Shown here piece by piece: positions 1 through 9,208 of a stretch of 29,594 nt of DNA (position 1 is its first letter; each line of letters starts with the position of its first letter). The DNA is taken from positions 1-29,594 of the forward strand of contig JASLXV010000060.1 of NCBI GenBank assembly GCA_030740155.1, written 5' to 3'. The notes below the pieces were generated by a model. It saw nothing but the letters and a program-made list of their open reading frames with translations, was not told where the DNA came from and ran no database searches. This DNA comes from Dehalococcoidia bacterium. Lineage in GTDB: Bacteria; Chloroflexota; Dehalococcoidia; Lucifugimonadales; UBA3495. Made by a program: the position numbers and the translations under genes.

Positions 1-175
1 TGTGACCTAGTGGCTGAGCGATGGTCGAGAACGGCCTTGTGGGGTGCCTGGGAATCTGACTCTCATGATGTTCGTCAGTGAAGACGGGTGCCCTGATTCT
101 TCAGAGCAAACATCCCTCCGAACCAGTGCCCGGCGGTTTACGGCGTCGGGTCCCAACCCCCCTGAATATTCCCTC

Positions 176-274
176 CCCCCTATAACCCCCCTTATACAAT
201 GGAATATGCATATAGGTAAACCGCCCAAAACCGGGTTTACCTATATGCATATTCCATACGGAGGTTATAGGGGG
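176..274. repeat. Long AT-rich inverted repeat (cruciform/hairpin)
   Basis: Perfect 24-bp arms ATGGAATATGCATATAGGTAAACC (199-222) / GGTTTACCTATATGCATATTCCAT (234-257) with an 11-nt loop; outer 12-bp arms CCCCCTATAACC (176-187) / GGTTATAGGGGG (263-274). Confidence 0.9.
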
Positions 275-285
275 TGGAGAAGTAC

Positions 286-312
286 AAAAAAAAGGGCCGC
301 CCTGGGCCACCC
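286..312 (-). terminator. Rho-independent terminator
   Basis: Minus strand reads GGGTGGCCCAGGGCGGCCC followed by T8: a GC hairpin plus U-tract. Confidence 0.7.
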
Positions 313-455
313 CATCGGTGGATTACTTGATCCCGGGGGAAGTACCGGCAGCCCTTCAGTCCACCGTTGGCGATGAATCAGGCTCGTCGCCTCATCGATG
401 TCTCTCGGCTCAGAGAGCATCTCAGCCTACCGCCGTACCAGCTCTCGCTCTAAGG
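286..455 (-). ncRNA. Candidate structured non-coding RNA or attenuator (unassigned family)
   Basis: No credible ORF. Three consecutive stems (397-406/413-421, 371-376/392-397, 316-322/360-366) plus a long-range complement (342-352/429-438), ending in an intrinsic terminator. Confidence 0.35.
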
Positions 456-492
456 TGAAGCGGAAAGGTTTAATTGCGTAACGCTCGTCAGG

Positions 493-608
493 ACGAACGG
501 GGAAGTGGCCATGCCCGCGAATGTTCTCCCTGCCGTGGGGGTCCCCCGTTTGGGAGGATTTCCCAGTTCTCAGGGGTTTTCCCCGTTCGTGGTGAGCCTG
601 TCGAACCA
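493..608. repeat. REP-like repeat pair (CCGTTCGTGGTGAGCCTGTCGAACCA type)
   Basis: CCCCGTTCGTGGTGAGCCTGTCGAACCA at 581-608; 12-bp inverted partner ACGAACGGGGAA (493-504) / TTCCCCGTTCGT (579-590). Confidence 0.65.
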
Positions 609-647
609 CGGCGGCTGGTTATTGGATAGGCTGTTGACACCCCCTCT

Positions 648-673
648 GTCATTCCGGCGAAGGCCGGAATGAC
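648..673. repeat. REP-like palindrome GTCATTCCGGCGAAGGCCGGAATGAC
   Basis: Perfect 11-bp stem with GAAG loop; a related copy lies at 25096-25122. Confidence 0.75.
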
Positions 674-786
674 GATAGTGGGGAGGGGATAACGAACAGT
701 TTCGCCGAAGTAAAGCTAACTGCAGGACGGTACACCAAAGATCGCCACCCGCAGGGGCGCTCCGGGATTCCGCCTGGTGAAGGGGG

Positions 787-2463
787 CTAGACGCTGACTG
801 GCGCCCGCCACTCTCCGTAAACCTCCCGCAACACGTCGGACACCTCGCCGATGGTAGCCTCGGCTTGAATGGCTTCCAGCGTGGAGGGCATCAGGTTGGC
901 GGCGTCTTGGGCGGCGGCCTTCAGTGCCTGAAGCTTTTGGGAAACCGCCCGGCGGTCCCGGTGGCGGCGCATGGACCGCAGCTCGGCCTTGGCCTGGCGG
1001 GCCACGCTTGGGTCGGGGTGATGGAGGGTGAAGGGAGGCGGCGCCTCGTTGGTGAAGCGGTTCACGCCCACGATGACCCGGTCACCGCGCTCCACCTCTC
1101 GCTGGAAACGGTAGGCCTCTTCGGTGATCTCCCGCATAACCCATCCCGATTCGATGGCCCGCAGCATCCCCCCGTGGGATTCGATGCGCTGGAGGTACTC
1201 CTCCACATCCTCCTCGATGCGGTTGGTGAGGGCCTCCACGGCGTAGGAGCCTCCCAGGGGGTCTATCACCTCGGCCAGTCCGCTTTCGTAGGCGACGATC
1301 TGCTGGGTACGCAGGGCCAGGGTCGCGGCCTCCTCCGAGGGCAGGGCGTGGGCCTCGTCCATCGACGCGGTGTGCATGGATTGCACCCCCGCCATGGCCA
1401 TGATAACCGTGTGCAGGGTCACCCGCACTATGTTGTTCTCCGGTTGCTGGGCCGTCAGGGTACTGCCCCCGCTGCCGGCCCCAGTGCGGAAGATCAGGGA
1501 GCGAGGGTTGGTGGCCCCGTATTCATCTTTGAGCCAGCGGGCCCACAGCCGCCGGGCGGCCCGGAACTTGGCCACCTCTTCCAGGATGTTGTTGAAGACG
1601 CTGAAATTGAAGGCGATACGGGGAGCGAACTCATCCACGGTCAGGCCTCGGGACAGGGCCTCGTCCATGTAGGCCCGGGCATTGCCAAAGGCGAAGGCCA
1701 ACTCTTGGACCAGGCTGGACCCGGCCTCCCGGATGTGATATCCGCATATGTTGATGAAGTTCCACCGTGGCATGTGTCGGACGCAAAACTCGAAGAGGTC
1801 CACCGTCATTCGAATGGAGGGACCGGGCGGAAAGACGTAGTTCCCCCGGGCGATGAACTCTTTGAGTATGTCGTTCTGGGTCGTGCCTCCCACCTGGTCG
1901 AGGGGCAATCCTTGGGCCTGAGCCACCTTCACGTACATGGCGAGGGTGGAGGGAGCCGAGGCGTTGACCGTAAGGGATGGGGTAACCTGCCGTAACGGCA
2001 GGTCTTTGAAGAGGGCTGCCATCTGGCGGATGCTCGGACAGGAGTTGCCCACTTTGCCGACCTCACCCACGGCCTCGGGGTGGTCCGGGTCCATGCCCAA
2101 CTGGGTGGGCAGGTCAAAGGCCACGTTCATGCCGGTGAGGCCCTGCTGGAGCAGGTGCTGGAACCGTCGGTTGGTCTCCTCGACGGTGTCGTAGCCCGCG
2201 TACTGGCGCATGGTCCAGAGCCGGTCCAGGTACATGCCGGGGTGAATTCCCCGGGTGTAGGGGTACTCGCCGGGAAATCCCAGGTCTCGAAGGTAGTCAC
2301 TGCCAGCCACGTCAGCCGGGGTGTAGAGGGGCTTGCGGGGGGCGCCGGAGGCGGCCGGGGAGGCTCCCGGCGAATCGTCGTGCCGGTCCAGGGACTTCGC
2401 CAGCTTCCGGTCGTACTCCTCGCAGGCCTCCTGGAGGGTTTCCGCGGCCTTGTTCTTCCGCAT
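787..2463 (-). CDS. Acyl-CoA mutase large (substrate-binding) subunit, methylmalonyl-CoA mutase family; no B12-binding domain
   Basis: Motifs [62 protein letters not shown] at 2463 is preceded by AGGAGG. 558 aa with no DxHxxG domain. Confidence 0.93.
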   Translation of the reverse strand: MRKNKAAETLQEACEEYDRKLAKSLDRHDDSPGASPAASGAPRKPLYTPADVAGSDYLRDLGFPGEYPYTRGIHPGMYLDRLWTMRQYAGYDTVEETNRRFQHLLQQGLTGMNVAFDLPTQLGMDPDHPEAVGEVGKVGNSCPSIRQMAALFKDLPLRQVTPSLTVNASAPSTLAMYVKVAQAQGLPLDQVGGTTQNDILKEFIARGNYVFPPGPSIRMTVDLFEFCVRHMPRWNFINICGYHIREAGSSLVQELAFAFGNARAYMDEALSRGLTVDEFAPRIAFNFSVFNNILEEVAKFRAARRLWARWLKDEYGATNPRSLIFRTGAGSGGSTLTAQQPENNIVRVTLHTVIMAMAGVQSMHTASMDEAHALPSEEAATLALRTQQIVAYESGLAEVIDPLGGSYAVEALTNRIEEDVEEYLQRIESHGGMLRAIESGWVMREITEEAYRFQREVERGDRVIVGVNRFTNEAPPPFTLHHPDPSVARQAKAELRSMRRHRDRRAVSQKLQALKAAAQDAANLMPSTLEAIQAEATIGEVSDVLREVYGEWRAPVSV

Positions 2464-2523
2464 GGTCTTGCCTCCTGTTCCCGTGGTGGGCACGGGACCG
2501 CCACGCCGGGTGGAGCCGTACTC

Positions 2524-2532
2524 ATCGTATCA
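2524..2532 (-). promoter_or_regulatory. Putative extended -10 promoter for the mutase gene
   Basis: TGA-TACGAT (TGn + TAnnnT) on the minus strand, about 60 nt upstream of the start. Confidence 0.4.
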
Positions 2533-2963
2533 CAGGGCGCCGCGCCGTGGCCAAGGCCGGGGGGCAGGGCGGGCCCGCCCTCATGGTGTTCGAGGATGGG
2601 CGGACAGATTACCGGTCGACGTCGTGCGGGACCGGCGGGAAAGTTATGGTATGCTGTCCCAAAATCTCCTCATGCGCGGCGTCAACGACCTACTTGTTTG
2701 CGCCCTCGAAACCCCTCGCTGACCTAAGCGCGAGCGGCGCATTAATCAAGCTCCGTCTTGGCTTTGGCTGGCACCTTCGTACTACCGTTTCTCGGTACAA
2801 ATGCCGACCTTTGGGCCAGACTTTTAACAAAACAAGATCAGACGTAACGCCGATTACATTGCGCCCAGCCACGACTCATAATTCAAGCCATGGGAGGCGC
2901 CGCTCAATCCGGGACCGCCACCCTGAAATGGGACTGCCTGGATTGGACTCAAGGAGGCCAAGA

Positions 2964-3635
2964 ATGAGTGAATTGAAAAAGGTGCCCTTCTTTGGCGTTG
3001 TCGCAGACCCTCAAAGCTACCTGAACATCATCTACCTTCTGTTGGGTTTGCCGCTGGGCATCGCCTACTTCGTAACCCTGGTGACGGGCATATCCCTGGG
3101 GTTCGGGCTGGCCGTCATTTGGGTCGGCGTTCCCATCCTGCTTCTGGTCTTCCTGATTTCATGGGCGTTCTGCCAATTCGAGCGCGTATTGACGATCGGC
3201 ATGCTCCGGGAAGACATACCGCCCATGGCCCGCTCCGGGCAATCCGAGGCCGGCGGCTCGAATCTCAGCGGCGAAGAGCGCTTCTTCATCGGGGTGTGGC
3301 GGCGGTTCAAGGCGCACCTGTCTGACCGGCTGACCTGGACCGGCATGGTTTACTTGTTCCTCAAGTTTCCCGTGGGCATCGCCACTTTCACCATTGCCGT
3401 GACTCTGGTCTCAGTTTCCATCGGCCTGATCTTCGCGCCCGCCTACATGTGGACCAGCGATCCGTTCGAGTTTTCATGGATTGGCCTTGGTGATCGGACC
3501 GTTGACCCCTTCCCCTGGTCGTGGATACTCACGCTTATCGGCATACCGGCATTCTTCATCTCGCTCCATATCATGAACGCCACTACCTTCCTATCGGGGA
3601 AGATGGCCCGGGTGATGCTGGGGGAAATGAACTGA
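2964..3635 (+). CDS. Stand-alone 'Sensor' domain (putative sensor) membrane protein
   Basis: AAGGAGG RBS before ATG 2964. YLLLGLPLGIAYF...GVPILL...FER...TWTGMVYLFLKFPVG matches the membrane sensor domain usually fused to DesK-type kinases; about 4 TM helices. Confidence 0.8.
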   Translation: MSELKKVPFFGVVADPQSYLNIIYLLLGLPLGIAYFVTLVTGISLGFGLAVIWVGVPILLLVFLISWAFCQFERVLTIGMLREDIPPMARSGQSEAGGSNLSGEERFFIGVWRRFKAHLSDRLTWTGMVYLFLKFPVGIATFTIAVTLVSVSIGLIFAPAYMWTSDPFEFSWIGLGDRTVDPFPWSWILTLIGIPAFFISLHIMNATTFLSGKMARVMLGEMN

Positions 3636-3660
3636 GGACGCCTGGCCCGGCGGTGCGTAT

Positions 3661-3688
3661 TTGAAACTCGGGGACCGTGTGCTAAGCT
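3661..3688 (+). promoter_or_regulatory. Putative sigma70 promoter for the CapA-family gene
   Basis: TTGAAA-N16-TAAGCT with extended TG. Confidence 0.45.
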
Positions 3689-3754
3689 CTAGCTGGGAAC
3701 GGCCGCGCTTAAACCCGGGGCGCGGCCCAGTTGGCTCGGGAGGTGCCGGTCGAA

Positions 3755-4894
3755 ATGGTTCAGAACAAAGAGAAGGCAATCACACTGGTGGGCGTGGGGG
3801 ACATCAGCCCCAACCGGGACGATCCGGCCTCGATTTTTCGTCACTGCCGCGACGCATTCCGCGCCGCCGACATAGTTTTCGGGCAGATGGAGAGCCCCCT
3901 CTCCGATAGGGGCACACCCCAGTTCATCCCCCATGTACCCTGCCGGCTCGCGCCCAAGAATGTCACCGCCCTCACCGAGGAGGGCGCCGGGTTCGACGTG
4001 ATGTCCTTCGCTTGCAACCACGCCATGGACTATGGAGAGGAAGCTTTCCTCGATACCCTGGATGCTCTCGCCAATAACGGCATAGCCGTGGCCGGCGCGG
4101 GCCGGAACATCCAAGAAGCCAGGAAGCCCGTGGTCCTCGAAAGAGACGGCACCAAGTTCGGCGTGTTGGCCTACCTCTCCATCTTGTCTCCCGGCCTGGA
4201 GGCGGAAGAGGAAATTCCCGGCTGCGCCCCTTTGCGGGCATCCCATTACTACCGGCAGGTCGACGTCCAGCCGGGCACCCCTCCCGCCATCATCATGGCG
4301 GTGGCGCCGGAGCACCTGCAGGCGATGGAGGAGGACATCAAGAGACTGAGACCCCAGGTGGACGTGGTGGTGGTCTCCATGCATTGCGGCGTTCACTTCG
4401 TGCCCGTCGTGGTGGCCATGTACCAGAAAGAAGCGGCCTACGCGGCAATCGATGCCGGAGCGGACCTGGTGCTCCAGCACCACGCTCATATCCTCAAGGG
4501 CATCGAGGTTTACAAGGATAAGGCCATCTTCTACGGCCTGGGCAATTTCGCCCTGGAGCACAGCCAGCCGGCCTCCCAGGCCGCACCTCTGGGGACGACG
4601 GCGGCGCGTCTACGGGACTTCTACCACATCAAGCCCATTCCGGGATATGAAAGATACCGGTACCATCCCGACGCCATCAAGACCATGATCGCCAAGGCCT
4701 ATGTGCAAGACAAGAAGATCCAGAAGGTGACCTACATCCCTGCCTACGTCAACCCCGACCTGGAGCCCGTGGTGGTGAAACGAGGAGATTCACAGGCCCA
4801 GGAGGTCTTCGACTACGTTCAGAAGATCTCGGAAGAAGAGGACCTGAACGTCAGCTTCTCTTGGGACGGCGACGAGGTCTTGATTTCGGGCTAG
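3755..4894 (+). CDS. CapA/PgsA-family metallophosphoesterase (poly-gamma-glutamate synthesis-like)
   Basis: Motifs VGD, ACNHAMDYG, VSMHCG, AGADLVLQHHAH, YGLGNF; GGAGGT upstream of ATG 3755. Confidence 0.88.
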   Translation: MVQNKEKAITLVGVGDISPNRDDPASIFRHCRDAFRAADIVFGQMESPLSDRGTPQFIPHVPCRLAPKNVTALTEEGAGFDVMSFACNHAMDYGEEAFLDTLDALANNGIAVAGAGRNIQEARKPVVLERDGTKFGVLAYLSILSPGLEAEEEIPGCAPLRASHYYRQVDVQPGTPPAIIMAVAPEHLQAMEEDIKRLRPQVDVVVVSMHCGVHFVPVVVAMYQKEAAYAAIDAGADLVLQHHAHILKGIEVYKDKAIFYGLGNFALEHSQPASQAAPLGTTAARLRDFYHIKPIPGYERYRYHPDAIKTMIAKAYVQDKKIQKVTYIPAYVNPDLEPVVVKRGDSQAQEVFDYVQKISEEEDLNVSFSWDGDEVLISG

Positions 4895-4926
4895 CGTGTG
4901 GCTAGCCCGGTTACGATGGGGGGTCC

Positions 4927-4949
4927 TCTCCCCCTTGGGAAGGGGGAGA
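4927..4949. repeat. REP-like hairpin between convergent genes
   Basis: TCTCCCCCTT-GGG-AAGGGGGAGA, a perfect 10-bp stem of the CCCTCTCCC/GGGAGAGGG repeat style. Confidence 0.6.
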
Positions 4950-4988
4950 TAAGAGAGGGGATCACCCCAACCGGGCAATCCGCCGCCG

Positions 4989-6929
4989 CTACTCGATGTC
5001 TTTAAGGAACTCTTCCATGCCCAGCCGCTTGAGGGTCTCGGGAGTGGGCAGCCCCGTAGCCACGTTCCAGCCCATCTGGCCATAGTACTCGTCCACCATG
5101 GCGGGAAGATAGGGCTTGATGCTCAAACCCTTGGACGGGCCGGCGGGTGGCGCCTCCAGGTGTTTCTCGGAGATGTCGAACTCGTCCTGCTTCTGAAATC
5201 CCCTCCTGGCGTACACCAACCGCATCAGGTTGGTGACCCGCTCGCCGACCGTGAGGGCCTCCGGCAGGTCGAAATCCTCCCACCCGACGCCCTGGGCCAG
5301 GGAATCGGCGGTGAGGCGCAGGGAATCCGGGACGCCCCGCGCGGCGAACATGCAGACGCCCAGGCAGTCCCAGAACAGCTTGGCGAACTGGGTCTTGCGG
5401 ACCGGGTCCACCTTGGCGATGGCTTCCTCGGCGTTGTGGGCCACCCCCGGAGTGCTCTCTGGGTAGCCCAGCTCCGGGTTGCCCACCATGTCGATGCCCG
5501 ATCCCTGGATCGAGGGCCCGGTGCCCGCTATCAGCTCGCCGAAAAAGGTGCCCCAGAATTGGCGGTGGTCGTGGGCCACCACCCCGGCGCCCTTCACGTC
5601 CAGCACCTTGCTGCGCATCTTCTCCACCAGTCCCTTTTCGCTGCCCAAGGCCTCGGGAAGGGCCTTGGAGCCCAGGGCCAGCTTGGCGCCGATCCCCTCC
5701 CTCCGGATGGCCCGGTTGATCAGTTCCATGGCCGATTCCCAGTTGCCCCACGTCAGGTCCAAGCCGTCGGTGTCCTCCTGGGTGAGGATGCCTTCGTTGT
5801 AGGCCTCGTACACCGCGCCCATGATGGTGCCGAATTGGCCCGACTCCAGCCCCATGCCGTCGTAGAAGTCGGTCATGATCACGATGCCGTTGGGGTCGTC
5901 CACGCCGATCATGCCGGCGGCGCCCTCCATGTTCTCGGCGCCTCCGCAGGGGCTCCCCACGAACCCGGCGTAGGGGCCGTCAGTTATCTCCACGTCGTAG
6001 GCGCAGGATATCTTGCAGTTGTAGGACGGCTGGGGGGTAATCTTCCAGCGGGCGCAGGCCTCAACGTAGTTAAGGGAATACTGGGCGCCCCATTCCGGGT
6101 CGGTCATGTTCTTGCCCGCGACCCTCAGGGTCTTGCCCAGCCGGTTGTAGTATTCACGGCTCTCGCCCCCGTCCTTCAGGCCCATCGCCGAAGGCGGGAC
6201 CACGAAGCTCTTGGCGGGGTCGGGCATCAGGTTTTCCTCCCACTCGGCGGAGGTCTTCACCAGCCCCTCGGGGTCGAAAACGGGAACGGCGCCGGTGCCC
6301 CGCACCGCGATGGCCTTGAGGTTCTTGCTGCCCATCACGGCCCCCGGACTGCCTTTACCGGAGCCGTGGTTGCGGTCCGCCTTCACCATGGCCCCGGGAA
6401 GCACCGCCTCGCCGGCGGGGCCGATGCAGGCCACGCTGATGAACTCCTCGTCCCCCAGCTCCACCTTGAGGCGGCGCTCGGTTTCCCTGGTGTTCACGCC
6501 CCACAGGTGGCTGGCGTCGCGCAGCTCCACGTGGTCGTCGTCGATCCAAAGGTATTGAGGCTTCTCGGCCCGGCCCGTGATGTAGATGCCTTCGTGCCCG
6601 GCGTGCTTCAGGTAGGCCCCCCAGAAGCCGTGGCCGTGGCCCACCCCGGCGGAGTAGGGTATGAGGAGGTTGTAACAGATGGTGGCCCAGTCGGAGGAGT
6701 TGTTGGCGGGGGTCCCCGTCAGTGGCCCCGCCATGAAGATGAGGGGTGCGTCGGCCTCGGTAGCCTCGGCCTTTGGGGGTGCGTCGCGCAGCAGCAAGTA
6801 TATGCCCAGGCCGGTGCCGCCCACGTACTTGCGCAGGATATCCTCACTGGGCAGGGGCTCCCTGGTGATCGTGCCCTGATCCAGGTCTACACGCAGGATA
6901 TGAGGCCGGTATCCTCCACGAATCGCCAT
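4989..6929 (-). CDS. Aldehyde:ferredoxin oxidoreductase family protein (W/Mo-bis-pterin), paralogue 1
   Basis: ILRVDL, YVGG, GPLTG, LKHAG, DASHLWG, ACIGPAGE, GAVMGSKNLKAIAVRG, DCLGVC, YYGQMGW; AAGGAGG RBS before ATG 6929. Confidence 0.92.
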   Translation of the reverse strand: MAIRGGYRPHILRVDLDQGTITREPLPSEDILRKYVGGTGLGIYLLLRDAPPKAEATEADAPLIFMAGPLTGTPANNSSDWATICYNLLIPYSAGVGHGHGFWGAYLKHAGHEGIYITGRAEKPQYLWIDDDHVELRDASHLWGVNTRETERRLKVELGDEEFISVACIGPAGEAVLPGAMVKADRNHGSGKGSPGAVMGSKNLKAIAVRGTGAVPVFDPEGLVKTSAEWEENLMPDPAKSFVVPPSAMGLKDGGESREYYNRLGKTLRVAGKNMTDPEWGAQYSLNYVEACARWKITPQPSYNCKISCAYDVEITDGPYAGFVGSPCGGAENMEGAAGMIGVDDPNGIVIMTDFYDGMGLESGQFGTIMGAVYEAYNEGILTQEDTDGLDLTWGNWESAMELINRAIRREGIGAKLALGSKALPEALGSEKGLVEKMRSKVLDVKGAGVVAHDHRQFWGTFFGELIAGTGPSIQGSGIDMVGNPELGYPESTPGVAHNAEEAIAKVDPVRKTQFAKLFWDCLGVCMFAARGVPDSLRLTADSLAQGVGWEDFDLPEALTVGERVTNLMRLVYARRGFQKQDEFDISEKHLEAPPAGPSKGLSIKPYLPAMVDEYYGQMGWNVATGLPTPETLKRLGMEEFLKDIE

Positions 6930-6997
6930 GGTTTTCCTCCTTGCTTCGGGGGCGGCGACGGCGCCGTCCCGCACCAACTGGCGTCGGTGATGCGCCG

Positions 6998-8896
6998 CTA
7001 CGCTTCCGCCCTTCCCACCTGGACGCCTTCCATGCCTAGCCGCTGCAGCGCCTCCTGGCTGGGCGCACCGCTATCCTGGTCCCAATCGAGGCACTCGTAG
7101 TACTCCTGGAACCACCTTTCCAGGTGCGGCCCGGCGGGAATAACCCTGCCCTTCATGGGCCCGGCATCCAGGCCCGCCAGCATGCGCGGACTGATGTCGA
7201 AGTCGTGCTCCCGCTTGTAGCCCAGGTGAAGGGCCATCAGGCGCTGCAACGTGACCAGGCGCTCGCCGGTAGTCAATGCCTCCTCGCGGGAATAGCCCTC
7301 CCATCCGGTGGCGGCGGAAAGCGCCTTGATGGCGGGATCCCAGGTGCCGGGCGTGCGCTTCAGGGCGAAATGGCAGACACCGATGGTATCCTCCCAGAGC
7401 TTCTTGAACTGCCCTTTGTAGACCGGCTCAACCATTCCGTCAGGACTCATGGGGTCGACAAACTCGTAGCCCAGATCGGGAGCACCGGCCCGGGGCGGAA
7501 GAACCAGCCCCAGCTCCGTCTGCCACACCGGCCCGGCGCCGGCGATGAGCATCTGGAATATGAGGCCCGGGTGAATCCGCATGTCGTGGTCGTTGAAGCC
7601 CGTTCCCTTCATGTGGATTGCCAGGTCTTCGATGCCCAGTTCCCGGCCACATTCCCGGGGCGGCTTGGCCAGGGAAGCGCCGATGCCTTCCCGGCGCACC
7701 GTCTTCTCCAACAGCTCGATGACGGCCTCATAGTTGCCCCAGGTGAGGTCCAGGCCGTCCACCTCGTCCTGGTTGAGGCGCTCGGTGTTGTAGGCCTCCA
7801 TCACCATGGCGATATTGCGGGGCACCTCTCCCCCGTCCAGTCCCAGCCCGTCCACCATGCCGGTAATGGCCAGGGCAACGCCGGGGTCGTCGATGCCCAG
7901 GTTGGGGCCGGTCTGCTGAATGATCTCACCGCCGTAGCCTGAGACCACGGTTCCGGCCACGGGCCCGGTGGTGATCACCGTCTCGTGGTGGCAGGTCATG
8001 TCGCAGTTGAATCCCCCGACGGGGCGCACCTTCCATTTGGGAGTGTCCTCTTCCCAGCGGTCCTTCCAGTGATATTGGAAGTCCGGATCGCTATAGTTCT
8101 TCCCCTGGACGTTGCCCCGGTCGGGGACGTTGGCGAAGGTGCCCGGGACCACCGAGTGGGAGTGCTGTGAGGGCGGCGGGCGCTCCGATGCGTAGAGGGC
8201 CCGGTTCCAGGTCTCGTAGGCCTCCATGAGGCCCGCGGGGTCGGTGATGGGTGCCCGGCCGGTGCCCCGCACGGCGATGGCTTTGAGCAACTTGGAGCCC
8301 CAGGCGATGCCGGCCTCGCCCCGGGCCGCGGTGTAGGTCCCGTCGGAGCGCACCGCAGCCCCGGTGATCAGGTTCTCCCCACCGGGACCGATGCAGGCGA
8401 CGCTGATCTGGAGAGGATCGCCCAACTCCAGCTTGATGCGTCGCGGCGTCTCGAAGGTGTCCATTCCCCAATAGGGAGCGGCGTCGCGCAACTCTACATT
8501 TTGGTCCTCGATCCAGAGGTACACCGGCTTGGGCGAAACGCCCCGGACGACGATGCCATCCCAACCGGCGTGCTTGAGCCGGGCGCCAAAATACCCGTGG
8601 GCGTGGCTCAGCCCCACGTGGTAGTCGGGGCACTCCCTCAGGTTGACCAGGACCCAGTGGGAGGCGTTCGGCACCATGACACCGGTGAGGGGGCCGGTGA
8701 ACAGGTAGAACGGGCAGTCGGGATCGACCGGGCGCATGGTGGGGGTTATCTCCTGGGCCATGAGGAACAGGCCGACGCCCGTGGCGCCGCCATAGGCCCG
8801 CAGCACCTCCTCCGGGGGCATGGGCACGGACCGGGTGGTCCCGCTGGTCAGGTCTACCTCCAGGATTTGGCCTTGGAACCCGCCTTTTACAGCCAT
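6998..8896 (-). CDS. Aldehyde:ferredoxin oxidoreductase family protein, paralogue 2
   Basis: ILEVDLT, GPLTG, LKHAGWDG, ACIGPGGEN, WGSKLLKAIAVRG, DGLGLD, DTIGVC, YYECLDWD; GGGAGGT RBS before ATG 8896. Confidence 0.92.
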   Translation of the reverse strand: MAVKGGFQGQILEVDLTSGTTRSVPMPPEEVLRAYGGATGVGLFLMAQEITPTMRPVDPDCPFYLFTGPLTGVMVPNASHWVLVNLRECPDYHVGLSHAHGYFGARLKHAGWDGIVVRGVSPKPVYLWIEDQNVELRDAAPYWGMDTFETPRRIKLELGDPLQISVACIGPGGENLITGAAVRSDGTYTAARGEAGIAWGSKLLKAIAVRGTGRAPITDPAGLMEAYETWNRALYASERPPPSQHSHSVVPGTFANVPDRGNVQGKNYSDPDFQYHWKDRWEEDTPKWKVRPVGGFNCDMTCHHETVITTGPVAGTVVSGYGGEIIQQTGPNLGIDDPGVALAITGMVDGLGLDGGEVPRNIAMVMEAYNTERLNQDEVDGLDLTWGNYEAVIELLEKTVRREGIGASLAKPPRECGRELGIEDLAIHMKGTGFNDHDMRIHPGLIFQMLIAGAGPVWQTELGLVLPPRAGAPDLGYEFVDPMSPDGMVEPVYKGQFKKLWEDTIGVCHFALKRTPGTWDPAIKALSAATGWEGYSREEALTTGERLVTLQRLMALHLGYKREHDFDISPRMLAGLDAGPMKGRVIPAGPHLERWFQEYYECLDWDQDSGAPSQEALQRLGMEGVQVGRAEA

Positions 8897-9208
8897 GACG
8901 GACCTCCCTGATTCAGCAAAGTTTCTACCATTTATAGATTCCTCTGAGAGATTCCTCGCCGGAGGAATGCTGTCGGCTACCGGTTTCCTCGTCGATCCCC
9001 GCGGCTGCGCCGGCGTAGGCCATAGTCCATAGCGAGGGATGACGGGATACCCCATACGCCCAAGGCGGTCGCCATGACGCCGGTGGCGTTGATGCCCAGG
9101 GGTTTCGAGGAGCCTGGTTCCCCTATTTTGGTCCAATAATGTAGGAGGGGGCGGTGTCGATCACCCGTGGACCGAGGCTGAAGAAGAAGGCTCCTCCGGA
9201 TACCGCCA

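Noticed and set aside
176..673. CRISPR array or tRNA in the repeat-rich left end
   Set aside because: Repeats are inverted and non-periodic, with no spacers, no cas genes and no cloverleaf or T-loop.
2464..2960. Cobalamin riboswitch upstream of the mutase
   Set aside because: No B12-box or GGGAA/GCCACTG core found on the minus strand; the putative leader is short.
2547..2963. N-terminal extensions in the ORF track (also 8897-9136, 20701-20796, 25289-25690)
   Set aside because: No homology-like content. Downstream ATGs have clear SD sequences, or for the MFS the true N-terminus is in another frame.
5160..7100. Long + strand ORFs antisense to real genes (646 aa here; also 865-1995, 13586-14443, 16301-17257, 21722-22654)
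   Set aside because: Shadow ORFs typical of high-GC coding DNA; no motifs or RBS.
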